This document shows, one piece after another, positions 51,949 through 61,746 of a stretch of 64,000 nucleotides of DNA. The stretch is from assembly GCA_963782055.1 (NCBI GenBank), contig CAWAIF010000003.1, forward strand, positions 640,001-704,000, written 5' to 3'. The stretch is from an uncultured delta proteobacterium. GTDB lineage: Bacteria > Myxococcota_A > Polyangia > Polyangiales > Polyangiaceae. The notes beneath the pieces were generated by a model. It was not told the origin of the DNA. It did no database searches and worked only from the letters and a program-made list of their open reading frames with translations. Positions within the stretch are counted from its first letter, which is position 1, and the number at the start of each line of letters is the position of its first letter. Both the position numbers and the translations under genes were made by a program.

Positions 51949-53130
51949 ATGTCCCTGCGCCGCCGCATCTTCTCCGCGATCGAGGATCTCCAGCCTTCCC
52001 TCCCGTCCGTGGTGCGGCCCGCCGTGCGCGCCGGGCTGCACCTGGCGGGCGAGACCGCGGCCAGGGGCGTCCCGCCAGCTCCGGAGAGCGACGTGCGCCT
52101 CGCCGGGCGCGCCGCGCCGCCCAGCTACACCGCCTACGCGCAGGAGCGCTCGCGCCCCGCGCCGGAGGGCCCGCGCGGGACCGAGACGCGCCCCGTCGCC
52201 TTCCCCATGACGTACGCGTGGGAGTACCACGCCGACCGCGTGGACCTGCGCGCGCTCTACGAGAAGTCCAAGGACCTCATGTGGAACGCCCGCACCGACC
52301 TGCCGTGGGAGACCTACGTCGACCCGGAGGGCGAGAGCGTGCCCGACACGATGAACCCCCTCTTCGGCACGCCCATCTGGGACAAGCTGGACAAGAAGCG
52401 CGACCTGCCCAGGCTCCGCCGCCACCTGGGCAGCTACATCCTGTCCAACTTCCTCCACGGCGAGCAGGGCGCGCTGCTCGCGACAGCGCAGATCGTCGAC
52501 GCCGCGCCCACCATCGACGCCAAGATGTACGCCGCCGCGCAGGTCTTCGACGAGGCGCGCCACGTCGAGGCGTACGACCGCTATCTCCGGGAGAAGGTGG
52601 AGCTGGTCTACCCGGTGAGCCCGCACCTCAAGCAGCTCCTGGACACCCTGCTGGAGGACTCGCGCTGGGACTTCAAGTATCTCGGCATGCAGATCATGGT
52701 GGAGGGAGTGGCCCTCGCCGCCTTCGGCCTGATCCACAACGCGTCGAGGGAGCCGCTCATCCGGCAGATCACCGAGAAGATCATGCAGGACGAGTCGCGC
52801 CACGTCGCCTTCGGCGTGCTCTCCCTTCGCGACACCTACCTGGAGATGCCCGCGTCGGAGCTCCGGGACCGCGAGGACTTCATCCTGGAGGCCTCGCGCT
52901 TGCTGAGGGATCGCTTCCTCGGCCAGGAGGTCTGGGGCAACGTGGGCCTGCCGGAGAAGGAGTGCCAGGAGGCGGCGGACAAGAGCGTGATGATGGGCGT
53001 CTTCCGCAAGCTGCTCTTCTCCAAGATCGTGCCGAACACCAAGCGCCTCGGCCTGCTCACGCCCTACGTGCGGCGCGGCTTCGAGGAGCTGGGCGTCATC
53101 GAGTTCGAGCACCTCGACGCGAGCGCATGA
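51949..53130 (+). CDS. Ferritin-like di-iron protein (AurF-like oxygenase family)
   Basis: HGEQGAL..DEARH and VEGVAL..DESRH paired E/ExxH motifs. Confidence 0.87.
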   Translation: MSLRRRIFSAIEDLQPSLPSVVRPAVRAGLHLAGETAARGVPPAPESDVRLAGRAAPPSYTAYAQERSRPAPEGPRGTETRPVAFPMTYAWEYHADRVDLRALYEKSKDLMWNARTDLPWETYVDPEGESVPDTMNPLFGTPIWDKLDKKRDLPRLRRHLGSYILSNFLHGEQGALLATAQIVDAAPTIDAKMYAAAQVFDEARHVEAYDRYLREKVELVYPVSPHLKQLLDTLLEDSRWDFKYLGMQIMVEGVALAAFGLIHNASREPLIRQITEKIMQDESRHVAFGVLSLRDTYLEMPASELRDREDFILEASRLLRDRFLGQEVWGNVGLPEKECQEAADKSVMMGVFRKLLFSKIVPNTKRLGLLTPYVRRGFEELGVIEFEHLDASA

Positions 53131-53164
53131 CGCGCGCGCGCGGGCGCACTATGCTCGCGGCGCG

Positions 53165-53884
53165 ATGAGCGGCAAGAAGACGCGCAACGCCGCCGACACT
53201 CGCCGCAAGATCCTCGACGCCGCCGAGGCGGAGTTCGCGGCCAAGGGCTTCGACGGCGCGCGGCTCGGCAGCATCGCCCGCGCGGTGGGCGTCCAGCAGG
53301 CGCTCATCCACCACTACTTCGACGACAAGGCGGGCCTCTACCACGAGGTCATCGACCGCGCGCTCGGCGCCATCACCACCGAGGGCTGGGACATCCTCGC
53401 GCGCACCGTCTCCAGCCTGCGGCCGCGCGCGCGGGCCGGCCGCAAGGGAGGTCGCGCCGCCGACCCGCCGGGCGAGGAGACGCGCGGCAAGCTCACGCGC
53501 AGGGAGATGCGCCCCCTCCTCGACGCCTTCGTGGAGATGCTCCAGCGCTTCTTCGCCGAGCACGGCCAGATCCTCGCCATCGTGCGGCACGAGGCGGGCG
53601 AGCACCGGACCACCTCGGTCGGGATGGACGTCGTGCGCACGCGCGTGAAGCCGGTCGTGGACGGCGTGGTGGCCTACCTCGAGGCGCTCCAGGGTGGCGG
53701 CGAGCTGCGCGCCGACGTGGACGTCCGTCACCTCTGCGTCTTCGCCCTGGGCTCGGTCGCCTTCCCCTTCCTGGAGGCGCCGCTCATGACCACCGTCTGG
53801 CCGATGAACGTGCGCGACGCCGACTTCCGCGACGCGGCCCGGCGGGAGATCGTCGAGACGCTCCTCTCGCGGCTGCTGCCGTGA
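53165..53884 (+). CDS. TetR/AcrR family transcriptional regulator
   Basis: ILDAAEAEFAAKGFDG..IARAVGV..LIHHYF..K..LY. Confidence 0.93.
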   Translation: MSGKKTRNAADTRRKILDAAEAEFAAKGFDGARLGSIARAVGVQQALIHHYFDDKAGLYHEVIDRALGAITTEGWDILARTVSSLRPRARAGRKGGRAADPPGEETRGKLTRREMRPLLDAFVEMLQRFFAEHGQILAIVRHEAGEHRTTSVGMDVVRTRVKPVVDGVVAYLEALQGGGELRADVDVRHLCVFALGSVAFPFLEAPLMTTVWPMNVRDADFRDAARREIVETLLSRLLP

Positions 53885-53891
53885 GGTGCCG

Positions 53892-54800
<909 letters not shown>

Positions 54801-54927
54801 GCCTCTGAGCCTAATCGCCGGTGTGTCAGGAATTGGTCATGGTCCCGCCATCCTTCGACCAGTGACCCGGTAAAACCGGGACCGGAAGGCCCTTGCCGAG
54901 CCGCGGACCATGGGCGATCCTGCGCGG

Positions 54928-56064
54928 ATGCGCCTCTCTTCCTGGGCCTGGCTCCTCCTGGCTGGGGCGGCTGCCGCGGTCGGCGTCGCGGTCACGAGCT
55001 GCGCCAACGGCATCGTCGTGGACGACGGAGCGGACGCCAGCACGAGCGAAGCCGGGCTGGACGCCTCGGGGTGCCCCGACGCCGACCTCGCCACCGACCC
55101 CAAGCACTGCGGCGGCTGCAACATCGTCTGCCAGCAAGACGAGGTGTGCTCCGGGGCTGCTTGCAAGAAGCAGTGCGACGCGCCGCTGGTGAAGTGCCCG
55201 AGCGTGCAGACCTGCGTCGACCTCAAGACCGACACCGACCACTGCGGCACGTGCGCGACGATATGCCCCGCGGTCTCCGATGGCGGCGGGATCCCCCCGG
55301 GCACCAACAACCCCGACGCCGGCATCCCCTTCGACGGTGGCTTTGACGCCGGACCCGGCTGGAGCGTCGGCTCCCCCGCGTGCGAGGCGGGCACGTGCGC
55401 CATCGCCTGCCCGCCCGGGATGACCGCCTGCTCCGACGGCGTCTGTTACGACACGCAGAACCACCACGATCACTGCGGCGACTGCAGCACCGCCTGCGCC
55501 GCCGACACCGAGTGGTGCTCGAGCGGCAAGTGCTGCCCCGTCGGGCAGCTCCCCTGCAACGGCGTCTGCACCGATGTCCTGGGCGATCCCAACAACTGCG
55601 GCGCGTGCGGCAACGTCTGCCAGGGACAGAACGGCTACTGCGGCGGCGGCGTGTGCGGGACCGGCGTCATCTACACCGAGAACTTCCCGAACGGCACGCT
55701 CTCCAGCAGCAGCCAGCAGTGCCTGGACTGGAACACCTTCCGCGGGAAGCTGACGGGCACCTTCACCGGCATCAAGATCACCGGGACCAACGATCAGGTC
55801 GGCATCAGCTGCACCGGCTCGAGCGCCAACACCATCTGCCAGGCGCTGCACAACAACACCACGGTGTCCGTCGCCTGCAACGGCCACACCTGGCAGACCG
55901 GCCCGTGCGGCAACGGGCAGGAGCTGAGCGCCGACGGCACCACCTGCCAGTGCGACAACCCCGGCTACATCGTCCGGCCGTGCATCAACAACCTGAACTG
56001 GGGCGGCGTGAACACCAACACCTGCGGCGCCCCCACCCAGACGATGACGGTCACCTGCTACTGA
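54928..56064 (+). CDS. Cys-rich lipoprotein with DPxxCGxC repeats
   Basis: VTSC lipobox; TDPKHCGGC, DTDHCGTC, HHDHCGDC and DPNNCGAC repeats. Confidence 0.85.
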   Translation: MRLSSWAWLLLAGAAAAVGVAVTSCANGIVVDDGADASTSEAGLDASGCPDADLATDPKHCGGCNIVCQQDEVCSGAACKKQCDAPLVKCPSVQTCVDLKTDTDHCGTCATICPAVSDGGGIPPGTNNPDAGIPFDGGFDAGPGWSVGSPACEAGTCAIACPPGMTACSDGVCYDTQNHHDHCGDCSTACAADTEWCSSGKCCPVGQLPCNGVCTDVLGDPNNCGACGNVCQGQNGYCGGGVCGTGVIYTENFPNGTLSSSSQQCLDWNTFRGKLTGTFTGIKITGTNDQVGISCTGSSANTICQALHNNTTVSVACNGHTWQTGPCGNGQELSADGTTCQCDNPGYIVRPCINNLNWGGVNTNTCGAPTQTMTVTCY

Positions 56065-56074
56065 GGTCCGGCCG

Positions 56075-57508
56075 TCACTTCTTCGCGGGCAGCGCGCGCC
56101 ACGCGTCGCCGTAGTAGCCGCCCGGGTTCCACATGATCCAGCCGGTGCCGCCGCCGTTGCCGGCCTCCACCGTCTCCTGCGCGAGGTACTTCGGCCCGTA
56201 CTCCGGCGAGCGCCAGAAGAAGGCCTGCAGCCAGGGGCGCACCAGCGTCTTGGTCGCGCCCGCCGCCTTCAGCTTCCCCATCGCCGCCTTGGTGCCGATG
56301 GCGACGATCTCCGGGTGGTTGCCGGGGATCGCCCAGCCGTAGAAGCCCGTGCCGTAGTGCGAGGGGTAGACCATCGGCATCAGCACCTCGACCTCCGGGC
56401 CGAGCTTGGCGATGTCCTGCCCCAGGCGCTCCACGTCCTGCCGCGTGCCGATGGCGGTGACACCGAAGATGTCGACGGAGAGCGGCACGTGCGCGGCCTG
56501 CGTGATCTCGTGCACGTGGTGGACGAAGTCGGTGATGACGCCGATGCGCGTGCGCCCGGTGTCCTTGAGGTGGAAGTCGGCGTTGCCCAGCCCGTGCTGC
56601 ACCGGGTAGCGCACGTAGTCCAGGTTCACCTCGTCCGCGCCCTGGGCGATGACCTCGTGCACCAGGTCGAAGATGTACTTCTGCGTCTTGGCGTCGCCGG
56701 GGTCCAGCCAGCCGATGGGGTAGGGGCCGCCCCAGTAGCCCTTGACCGAGAGCTCCGGCGCCGCCCTGGCGGCGAGCGGATCGTGGAAGCAGGAGACGCG
56801 CACCGAGACGCGGATGCCGTGCTTGTGCGCGAAGTGGATGGTGCGCGCGAGGTCGGCGATGGGGGCGCCCTTGATCGCCTTCGTCCGGACCGCCACGTCC
56901 ACCTTCGACGGGTAGGTCACGTCGCCCATGTAGGCCTTGCCGTCCAGGATGACCGCGTTCATCCCGCGCGCGGCGAGGTGATCCATGGTGCTCTCCCAGC
57001 TCCCCAGCGCGTCGCGCCCGCCGAGGTAGACGCCGCGGAGCGCCTTGTCGTCGGGCCACGCCATCCGGTCGTCCGCGGGGGAGGGGACGGGGGCGGTGAC
57101 GACGTCGGGGATGACGATGGTCTTGCCGGGGGCGATGACGTGGTTCTTCTTCTGGATGTCCTTGGCCAGGGCGCTGGCGAGGTAGACGTCGCTCACCTCC
57201 AGGTACGCCCTGGCGATGCTCACGGCCGTCTCCTTCTTCGCCACGTCGTGCGTCACCACCAGCGCGCCCGAGGCGTCGCGCGCGGCGTGGCCGCCGGCGG
57301 GGAGGTGCGCGCGGACGAAGTCGAGCAGCGCGTCGCGGGCGGGTGCCTCCGGTGCCTTGGACGCGGGCGGCTCGACCGGGGTGGCCGGCGGCGTCGTGCG
57401 CGTCGCCACGTTCTGCTCGAGGTGAGCGACCGGCGCGGGGGACGAGGCCGGAGGGGCCGCGCAGGAGAGGAGGACGGCGGAGACGGCGACGAGGCTTCGG
57501 ATCGGCAT
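56075..57508 (-). CDS. Putative glycoside hydrolase lipoprotein (DUF4015-like TIM barrel) with LysM-like segment
   Basis: LLSC lipobox; RGVYL, DEVNLDYVRYP, PMVYPSHY, RPWLQAF, WNP. Confidence 0.8.
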   Translation of the reverse strand: MPIRSLVAVSAVLLSCAAPPASSPAPVAHLEQNVATRTTPPATPVEPPASKAPEAPARDALLDFVRAHLPAGGHAARDASGALVVTHDVAKKETAVSIARAYLEVSDVYLASALAKDIQKKNHVIAPGKTIVIPDVVTAPVPSPADDRMAWPDDKALRGVYLGGRDALGSWESTMDHLAARGMNAVILDGKAYMGDVTYPSKVDVAVRTKAIKGAPIADLARTIHFAHKHGIRVSVRVSCFHDPLAARAAPELSVKGYWGGPYPIGWLDPGDAKTQKYIFDLVHEVIAQGADEVNLDYVRYPVQHGLGNADFHLKDTGRTRIGVITDFVHHVHEITQAAHVPLSVDIFGVTAIGTRQDVERLGQDIAKLGPEVEVLMPMVYPSHYGTGFYGWAIPGNHPEIVAIGTKAAMGKLKAAGATKTLVRPWLQAFFWRSPEYGPKYLAQETVEAGNGGGTGWIMWNPGGYYGDAWRALPAKK

Positions 57509-57595
57509 GGGAAGGGACCCCCTTGGGCTGGCCGTGCGAGCTTGCCCGTCGCCGCGCGGAGCGGCCAACTTTGCGGCGTCAGAACCGTTGACGGG

Positions 57596-58645
57596 TCAAC
57601 GATAGGCGGCGAGCTCGCGACCCACGTGCCACGCCGTCAGCGGGCCGCGGTAGACGAAGCCGGTGTAGAGCTGGACGAGGTCCGCCCCGGCGTCGAGCAG
57701 CGCGCGCGCGTGCTCCCCGCGCTCCACGCCCCCCACTCCGATGACCGTCGCCTTCGGGAGCGCGGCGCGCACCCGGCCGACGACCTCCAGCGCCCGCGCG
57801 CGCAGCGGCGCGCCGCTCAGGCCGCCCGCGCCGATCGCCTCCACCCGCGCGGCCGGGGTCTGCAGGCCTGATCTGCCGATGGTGGTGTTGGTCGCCACCA
57901 CGCCGTCCAGGCCCACCTCTGCCACCACCGCGCAGAGCGCGTCCAGGTCGGCGTCCCCGAGATCGGGCGCCACCTTCACCAGGAGCGGCTTGCGCGTCCC
58001 GCCGCCGCGGTTCTCCGCTTCCAGCGCGCCGAGCAGCGCCCGCGCGAGCGCCGCGCCCTGGATGGCGCGCAGGTCCCTGGTGTTCGGCGAGCTCACGTTC
58101 ACCACGACGAAGTCGGCGACCGGCCGCACCGCCCGGTAGGATTGCATGTAATCCGCAACTACCGGCGCGAGGTCCTCGCTCACCGGGACCGCCCGCGACT
58201 TGCCGATGGAGAAGCCCACCGGCACCCCAACCGCCAACGAGCCCCCGCGCGCGTCGAACCGCGCCGCCGCCGCCGCCGCGCCATGGTTGGGGAAGCCCAG
58301 CCGGTTGACGATCGCGCGGTCGGCCGGCAACCGGAAGAGGTTGGGCCGCGGGTTCTCCGCCTGCGCGAGCGCGGTCACCGTCCCCAGCTCCAGGAAGCCG
58401 AAGCCCAGCGCCGCCAGCGCGCGCGCGCGTCGGGCGTCCTTGTCGAACCCTCCGGCGAGGCCGATGGGCGAGGGGAAGTCGATCCCCATCGCCCGCGTCC
58501 GGAGCCCCGCGCTCGGCGAAGCGAACGCGCGCGTGAGCGCCCGCAGGGGGGCGAGGTGCTCCAGCGGCCAGAGCGCCGCCATCCCCAGCGCGTGGGCGAG
58601 CGCGGGGTCGAGCCGGAAGAGGAGGGGACGGACGAGCGCGTACAC
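57596..58645 (-). CDS. pyrD: Quinone-dependent dihydroorotate dehydrogenase
   Basis: GLAGGFDK, NRLGFPN, NVSSPNT, KVAPD, TNTT, GGLSG, GVGGV, QLYT. Confidence 0.96.
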   Translation of the reverse strand: MYALVRPLLFRLDPALAHALGMAALWPLEHLAPLRALTRAFASPSAGLRTRAMGIDFPSPIGLAGGFDKDARRARALAALGFGFLELGTVTALAQAENPRPNLFRLPADRAIVNRLGFPNHGAAAAAARFDARGGSLAVGVPVGFSIGKSRAVPVSEDLAPVVADYMQSYRAVRPVADFVVVNVSSPNTRDLRAIQGAALARALLGALEAENRGGGTRKPLLVKVAPDLGDADLDALCAVVAEVGLDGVVATNTTIGRSGLQTPAARVEAIGAGGLSGAPLRARALEVVGRVRAALPKATVIGVGGVERGEHARALLDAGADLVQLYTGFVYRGPLTAWHVGRELAAYR

Positions 58646-58701
58646 CCGCCGCCGAGGGCTACCACCTTTTGGCGCCTCGGCCGTGGTAGAATCGGCGACT
58701 C

Positions 58702-59082
58702 ATGCGGGCTTTTCTGGGGATCGGGCTGGGGCTCCTGCTGCTCGCGGCCTGCAGCGACGGCGGCGCGGGACCGTCGGACGCCGGGCCGTCGTCCGTCAAC
58801 GGCTGCGGCGACGCCGACTACGTGACCGGCCAGACCGCCATCGACTGGACCTTCGCCGTCAACCCACGCTGCGTCGAGATCCACGCGGGCGACTCTGTCA
58901 CCTGGAACGGCGACTTCACCCTCCACCCCCTCGCCGCATCCGGCGGCGACACGCCCAGCCCCATCGAGGGCGTCACCAACACCGGCACCACCAAGACCTT
59001 CACCTTCAACGATCCCGGCACCTTCGGTTTCCACTGCCTCAATCACGCCAGCATGATCGGGGCCGTGCGCGTCCTACCCTGA
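58702..59082 (+). CDS. Cupredoxin (type-1 copper) lipoprotein 1
   Basis: LAAC lipobox; GDSVTW; HPL; FHCLNHASM (C-x2-H-x2-M). Confidence 0.87.
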   Translation: MRAFLGIGLGLLLLAACSDGGAGPSDAGPSSVNGCGDADYVTGQTAIDWTFAVNPRCVEIHAGDSVTWNGDFTLHPLAASGGDTPSPIEGVTNTGTTKTFTFNDPGTFGFHCLNHASMIGAVRVLP

Positions 59083-59102
59083 CCCTCTCAAAGGAGTTTC
59101 CC

Positions 59103-59660
59103 ATGCGTCGCATCTTGCTTGTCTCCGCCTTCCTCCTTGGCTCTGCCGCGCTCGCCCTCGGCTGCAGCGGCGACGACTCCAGCACCGACGGCGGTACCAG
59201 TGACTCCGGCGGCGGCAACGACTCGGGGGGCAACGACTCCGGCACGGTGGACTCCGGCGGCGGCGACTCCGGCATGGTGGACTCCGGCGGTGGCGACTCC
59301 GGCACGACCGACTCCGGCGCGCAGGACGCTGGCTACGACGGCGGGACCGTCAACGCCTGCACCACCTTCACGGTGAAGACCAAGCCGAACGACACCCGCC
59401 AGATCACCTTCCCGAACGGCGCGTCGCCGGCGCAGTACAGCCCGGCGTGTCTGGAGATCAAGTCGGGCCAGTCGGTCACCTGGTCGGGCTCCTTCTCCAA
59501 CCACCCGCTCGAGCCGGGCGGCGGCACCTCCAACTCGCCCATCCAGGTGACGAGCAACGGATCGACGGTGACCTTCACCTTCCCCAACGCGGGCACCTAC
59601 GGCTTCAACTGCGGCATCCACCCCGGCATCATGTTCGGCGCGGTGCACGTCATTCCCTGA
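59103..59660 (+). CDS. Cupredoxin (type-1 copper) lipoprotein 2 with DSG-repeat linker
   Basis: AAGGAG RBS; ALGC lipobox; 8 DSG motifs; NHPL; FNCGIHPGIM (C-x2-H-x3-M). Confidence 0.87.
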   Translation: MRRILLVSAFLLGSAALALGCSGDDSSTDGGTSDSGGGNDSGGNDSGTVDSGGGDSGMVDSGGGDSGTTDSGAQDAGYDGGTVNACTTFTVKTKPNDTRQITFPNGASPAQYSPACLEIKSGQSVTWSGSFSNHPLEPGGGTSNSPIQVTSNGSTVTFTFPNAGTYGFNCGIHPGIMFGAVHVIP

Positions 59661-59662
59661 GA

Positions 59663-60174
59663 GGAGGTGAACTTCGTTCACCTCCCTCTCAGGACGGGTC
59701 GCAAGGGGCGGCACGCGCCGCCCCTCCCCGCCCAAGTGAATTGGGCGGGTCCCCTCCCCACGCGGGCCCTCCGCTGCGCGTCGGGCGAGCGGAGGTGAAC
59801 TTCGTTCACCTCCCTCTCAGGACGGGTCGCAAGGGGCGGCACGCGCCGCCCCTCCCCGCCCAAGTGAATTGGGCGGGTCCCCTCCCCACGCGGGCCCTCC
59901 GCTGCGCGTCGGGCGAGCGGAGGTGAACTTCGTTCACCTCCCTCTCAGGACGGGTCGCAAGGGGCGGCACGCGCCGCCCCTCCCCGCCCAAGTGAATTGG
60001 GCGGGTCCCCTCCCCACGCGGGCCCTCCGCTGCGCGTCGGGCGAGCGGAGGTGAACTTCGTTCACCTCCCACTCAGGACGGGTCGCAAGGGGCGGCACGC
60101 GCCGCCCCTCCCCGCCCAAGTGAATTGGGCGGGTCCCCTCCCCACGCGGGCCCTCCGCTGCGCGTCGGGCGAGC
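59663..60174 (+). repeat. Tandem array of 4 x 128-bp multi-hairpin (REP/BIME-like) units
   Basis: Units start at 59663, 59791, 59919 and 60047; identical except T>A at 60071; three perfect stems per unit. Confidence 0.96.
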
Positions 60175-60239
60175 ATGGCCGCGTTGGAGGACCCCCGGTC
60201 GGTTGCGCTCCGGGGGGAGGCCGGTATGGTTTCCGGACC

Positions 60240-61322
60240 ATGCTGCCTCCCCCGCCCGGCATCACCCGCCTCACCGACCTGGACGACGCCTGGCAGACCC
60301 ACGGCGCTGGTCCCCGCCACCGGGCCGTGCGCCTCGGCGCCGAGCGGGTGCGTGAGCGCTTCGCCGGCGGGCCGCGCTGCGTGGCGGTGAAGACCCTGCC
60401 GCTCACCACCGCGCCGTACCCCACCAAGTACGCCTTCCGCGGGGCGGCGCTCTCCCCGGTGCCGCTGGTCAGCTTCACCCACCGCTGCCTGCTGGTGCAG
60501 TTCTTCCAGCGCGGAGAGCTCCGGACCCTCCTCTTCAACCCGACCGACATCGAGGCGGCGCGCAAGACCCCGTACTTCGCGCGCATCGCCGAGAAGTACG
60601 CTCGCTTCGAGCCGCTGCTGCAGAAGCGCTTCGAGACGCTGGAGGCGCAGCTCGGGGCGCTGGGCATCAAGAACGCGGACGTCGACTACATCGCCTTCGA
60701 CCACTTCCACACCCAGGACCTGCGCGCGCAGCTCGGCACCGAGGACGAGCGCTACAAGACGCGCTTCCCCAACGCGACGCTGCTCGCCCCCAGGTGCGAG
60801 TGGGACGACTGGGACGACCTGCACCCGATGCAGCGCGCGTGGTTCGTGGACGACGGCAAGCGCGGCGTGAAGATGGGCAAGGTCGCCTTCACCGACGGCG
60901 ATCTGGCGCTGGGCGACGGCGTGATGCTCCTGCGCACGCCCGGGCACACCAGCGGCAACCAGACCCTCTTCGTCAGCACCGAGGGCGGCGTGTGGGGGAC
61001 CAGCGAGAACGGCACCTGCGCCGACTGCTGGACGCCGCTGGAGAGCCGCGTCCCCGGCGTGGCGACCTCGTGCCGGCGGGAGGACCTGGAGGTGCTCATC
61101 AACAGCAACACCCCCGAGTCCGGCGCGGACCAGCACACGTCGATGGTGCTGGAGAAGACCATCGTCGACCGCGTGAAGGGCAACCCCGGCTTCTGCCAGA
61201 TGTTCCCCTCCACCGAGGTGACGCCTTCGCCCATCGCGCCGGGCCTGTCGCCGACGTGGCTGCACCGGGAGATCGCGCACGGCGAGGTGGTGCGCCCGGT
61301 CCGGAAGGCGAGCGCGGCGTGA
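60240..61322 (+). CDS. Metallo-beta-lactamase-fold hydrolase (atypical motif)
   Basis: VDYIAFDHFHTQD, RFPNA, LLRTPGHTSGNQ. Confidence 0.8.
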   Translation: MLPPPPGITRLTDLDDAWQTHGAGPRHRAVRLGAERVRERFAGGPRCVAVKTLPLTTAPYPTKYAFRGAALSPVPLVSFTHRCLLVQFFQRGELRTLLFNPTDIEAARKTPYFARIAEKYARFEPLLQKRFETLEAQLGALGIKNADVDYIAFDHFHTQDLRAQLGTEDERYKTRFPNATLLAPRCEWDDWDDLHPMQRAWFVDDGKRGVKMGKVAFTDGDLALGDGVMLLRTPGHTSGNQTLFVSTEGGVWGTSENGTCADCWTPLESRVPGVATSCRREDLEVLINSNTPESGADQHTSMVLEKTIVDRVKGNPGFCQMFPSTEVTPSPIAPGLSPTWLHREIAHGEVVRPVRKASAA

Positions 61323-61416
61323 CGCGCGGCGGCCTGTTCTTCCCGGCCTGGGGCGACAACATGGTCGACTACCAGAACGGCCAGACGCAGGTCTTTGCGC
61401 CACAGTGGGCGCTTCC

Positions 61417-61746
61417 ATGAGCGGGAGGCTGGAGCGGGTCGTGCTCGCGTCGGCAGTCGGCGCCGGCTTGATCGCGGCATGTGGCGGCCGCACGTCCCTC
61501 GGGGGAGGGCTCGCGGGCGATGTCCCCGTCGATGGCGGGACGCGTGACGCGGCCGACGGCGCCGCCGGTGGCGGGGAGTTCTGTGACTTCGTGCTGGGCC
61601 CGATGAGCCGGGCAATCCCCGGCCACTACGTATTCCAGTGTGAGGTGGGTCAGCAGTGTGTGTGGGGAACCTGCGGCGATCGGTCGGGCTTCGACTGCTG
61701 CCCGGTGGCCAACATTCGCAACCACGAGTGTCTCGAGTGTCAGTGA
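61417..61746 (+). CDS. Small lipoprotein with Cys-rich C-terminus
   Basis: LIAACGG lipobox; 8 Cys in the last ~55 aa; atypical codon usage. Confidence 0.6.
   Translation: MSGRLERVVLASAVGAGLIAACGGRTSLGGGLAGDVPVDGGTRDAADGAAGGGEFCDFVLGPMSRAIPGHYVFQCEVGQQCVWGTCGDRSGFDCCPVANIRNHECLECQ

Noticed and set aside
59658..59700. SECIS/selenocysteine read-through at TGA + hairpin (also 16234 and 23900)
   Set aside because: The three proteins end at natural domain ends, read-through peptides are repeat-derived and diverge quickly, and no Cys-homolog context supports Sec
59663..60174. CRISPR or other guide-RNA array
   Set aside because: Units are contiguous and identical with no variable spacers, 128 bp is far too long for a CRISPR repeat, and no cas-like genes are present
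59678..60240. Short ORFs and the N-terminal extension of the MBL gene within the repeat array
   Set aside because: 128 is not a multiple of 3, so the same peptides cycle through frames; ATG 60240 is the more plausible start
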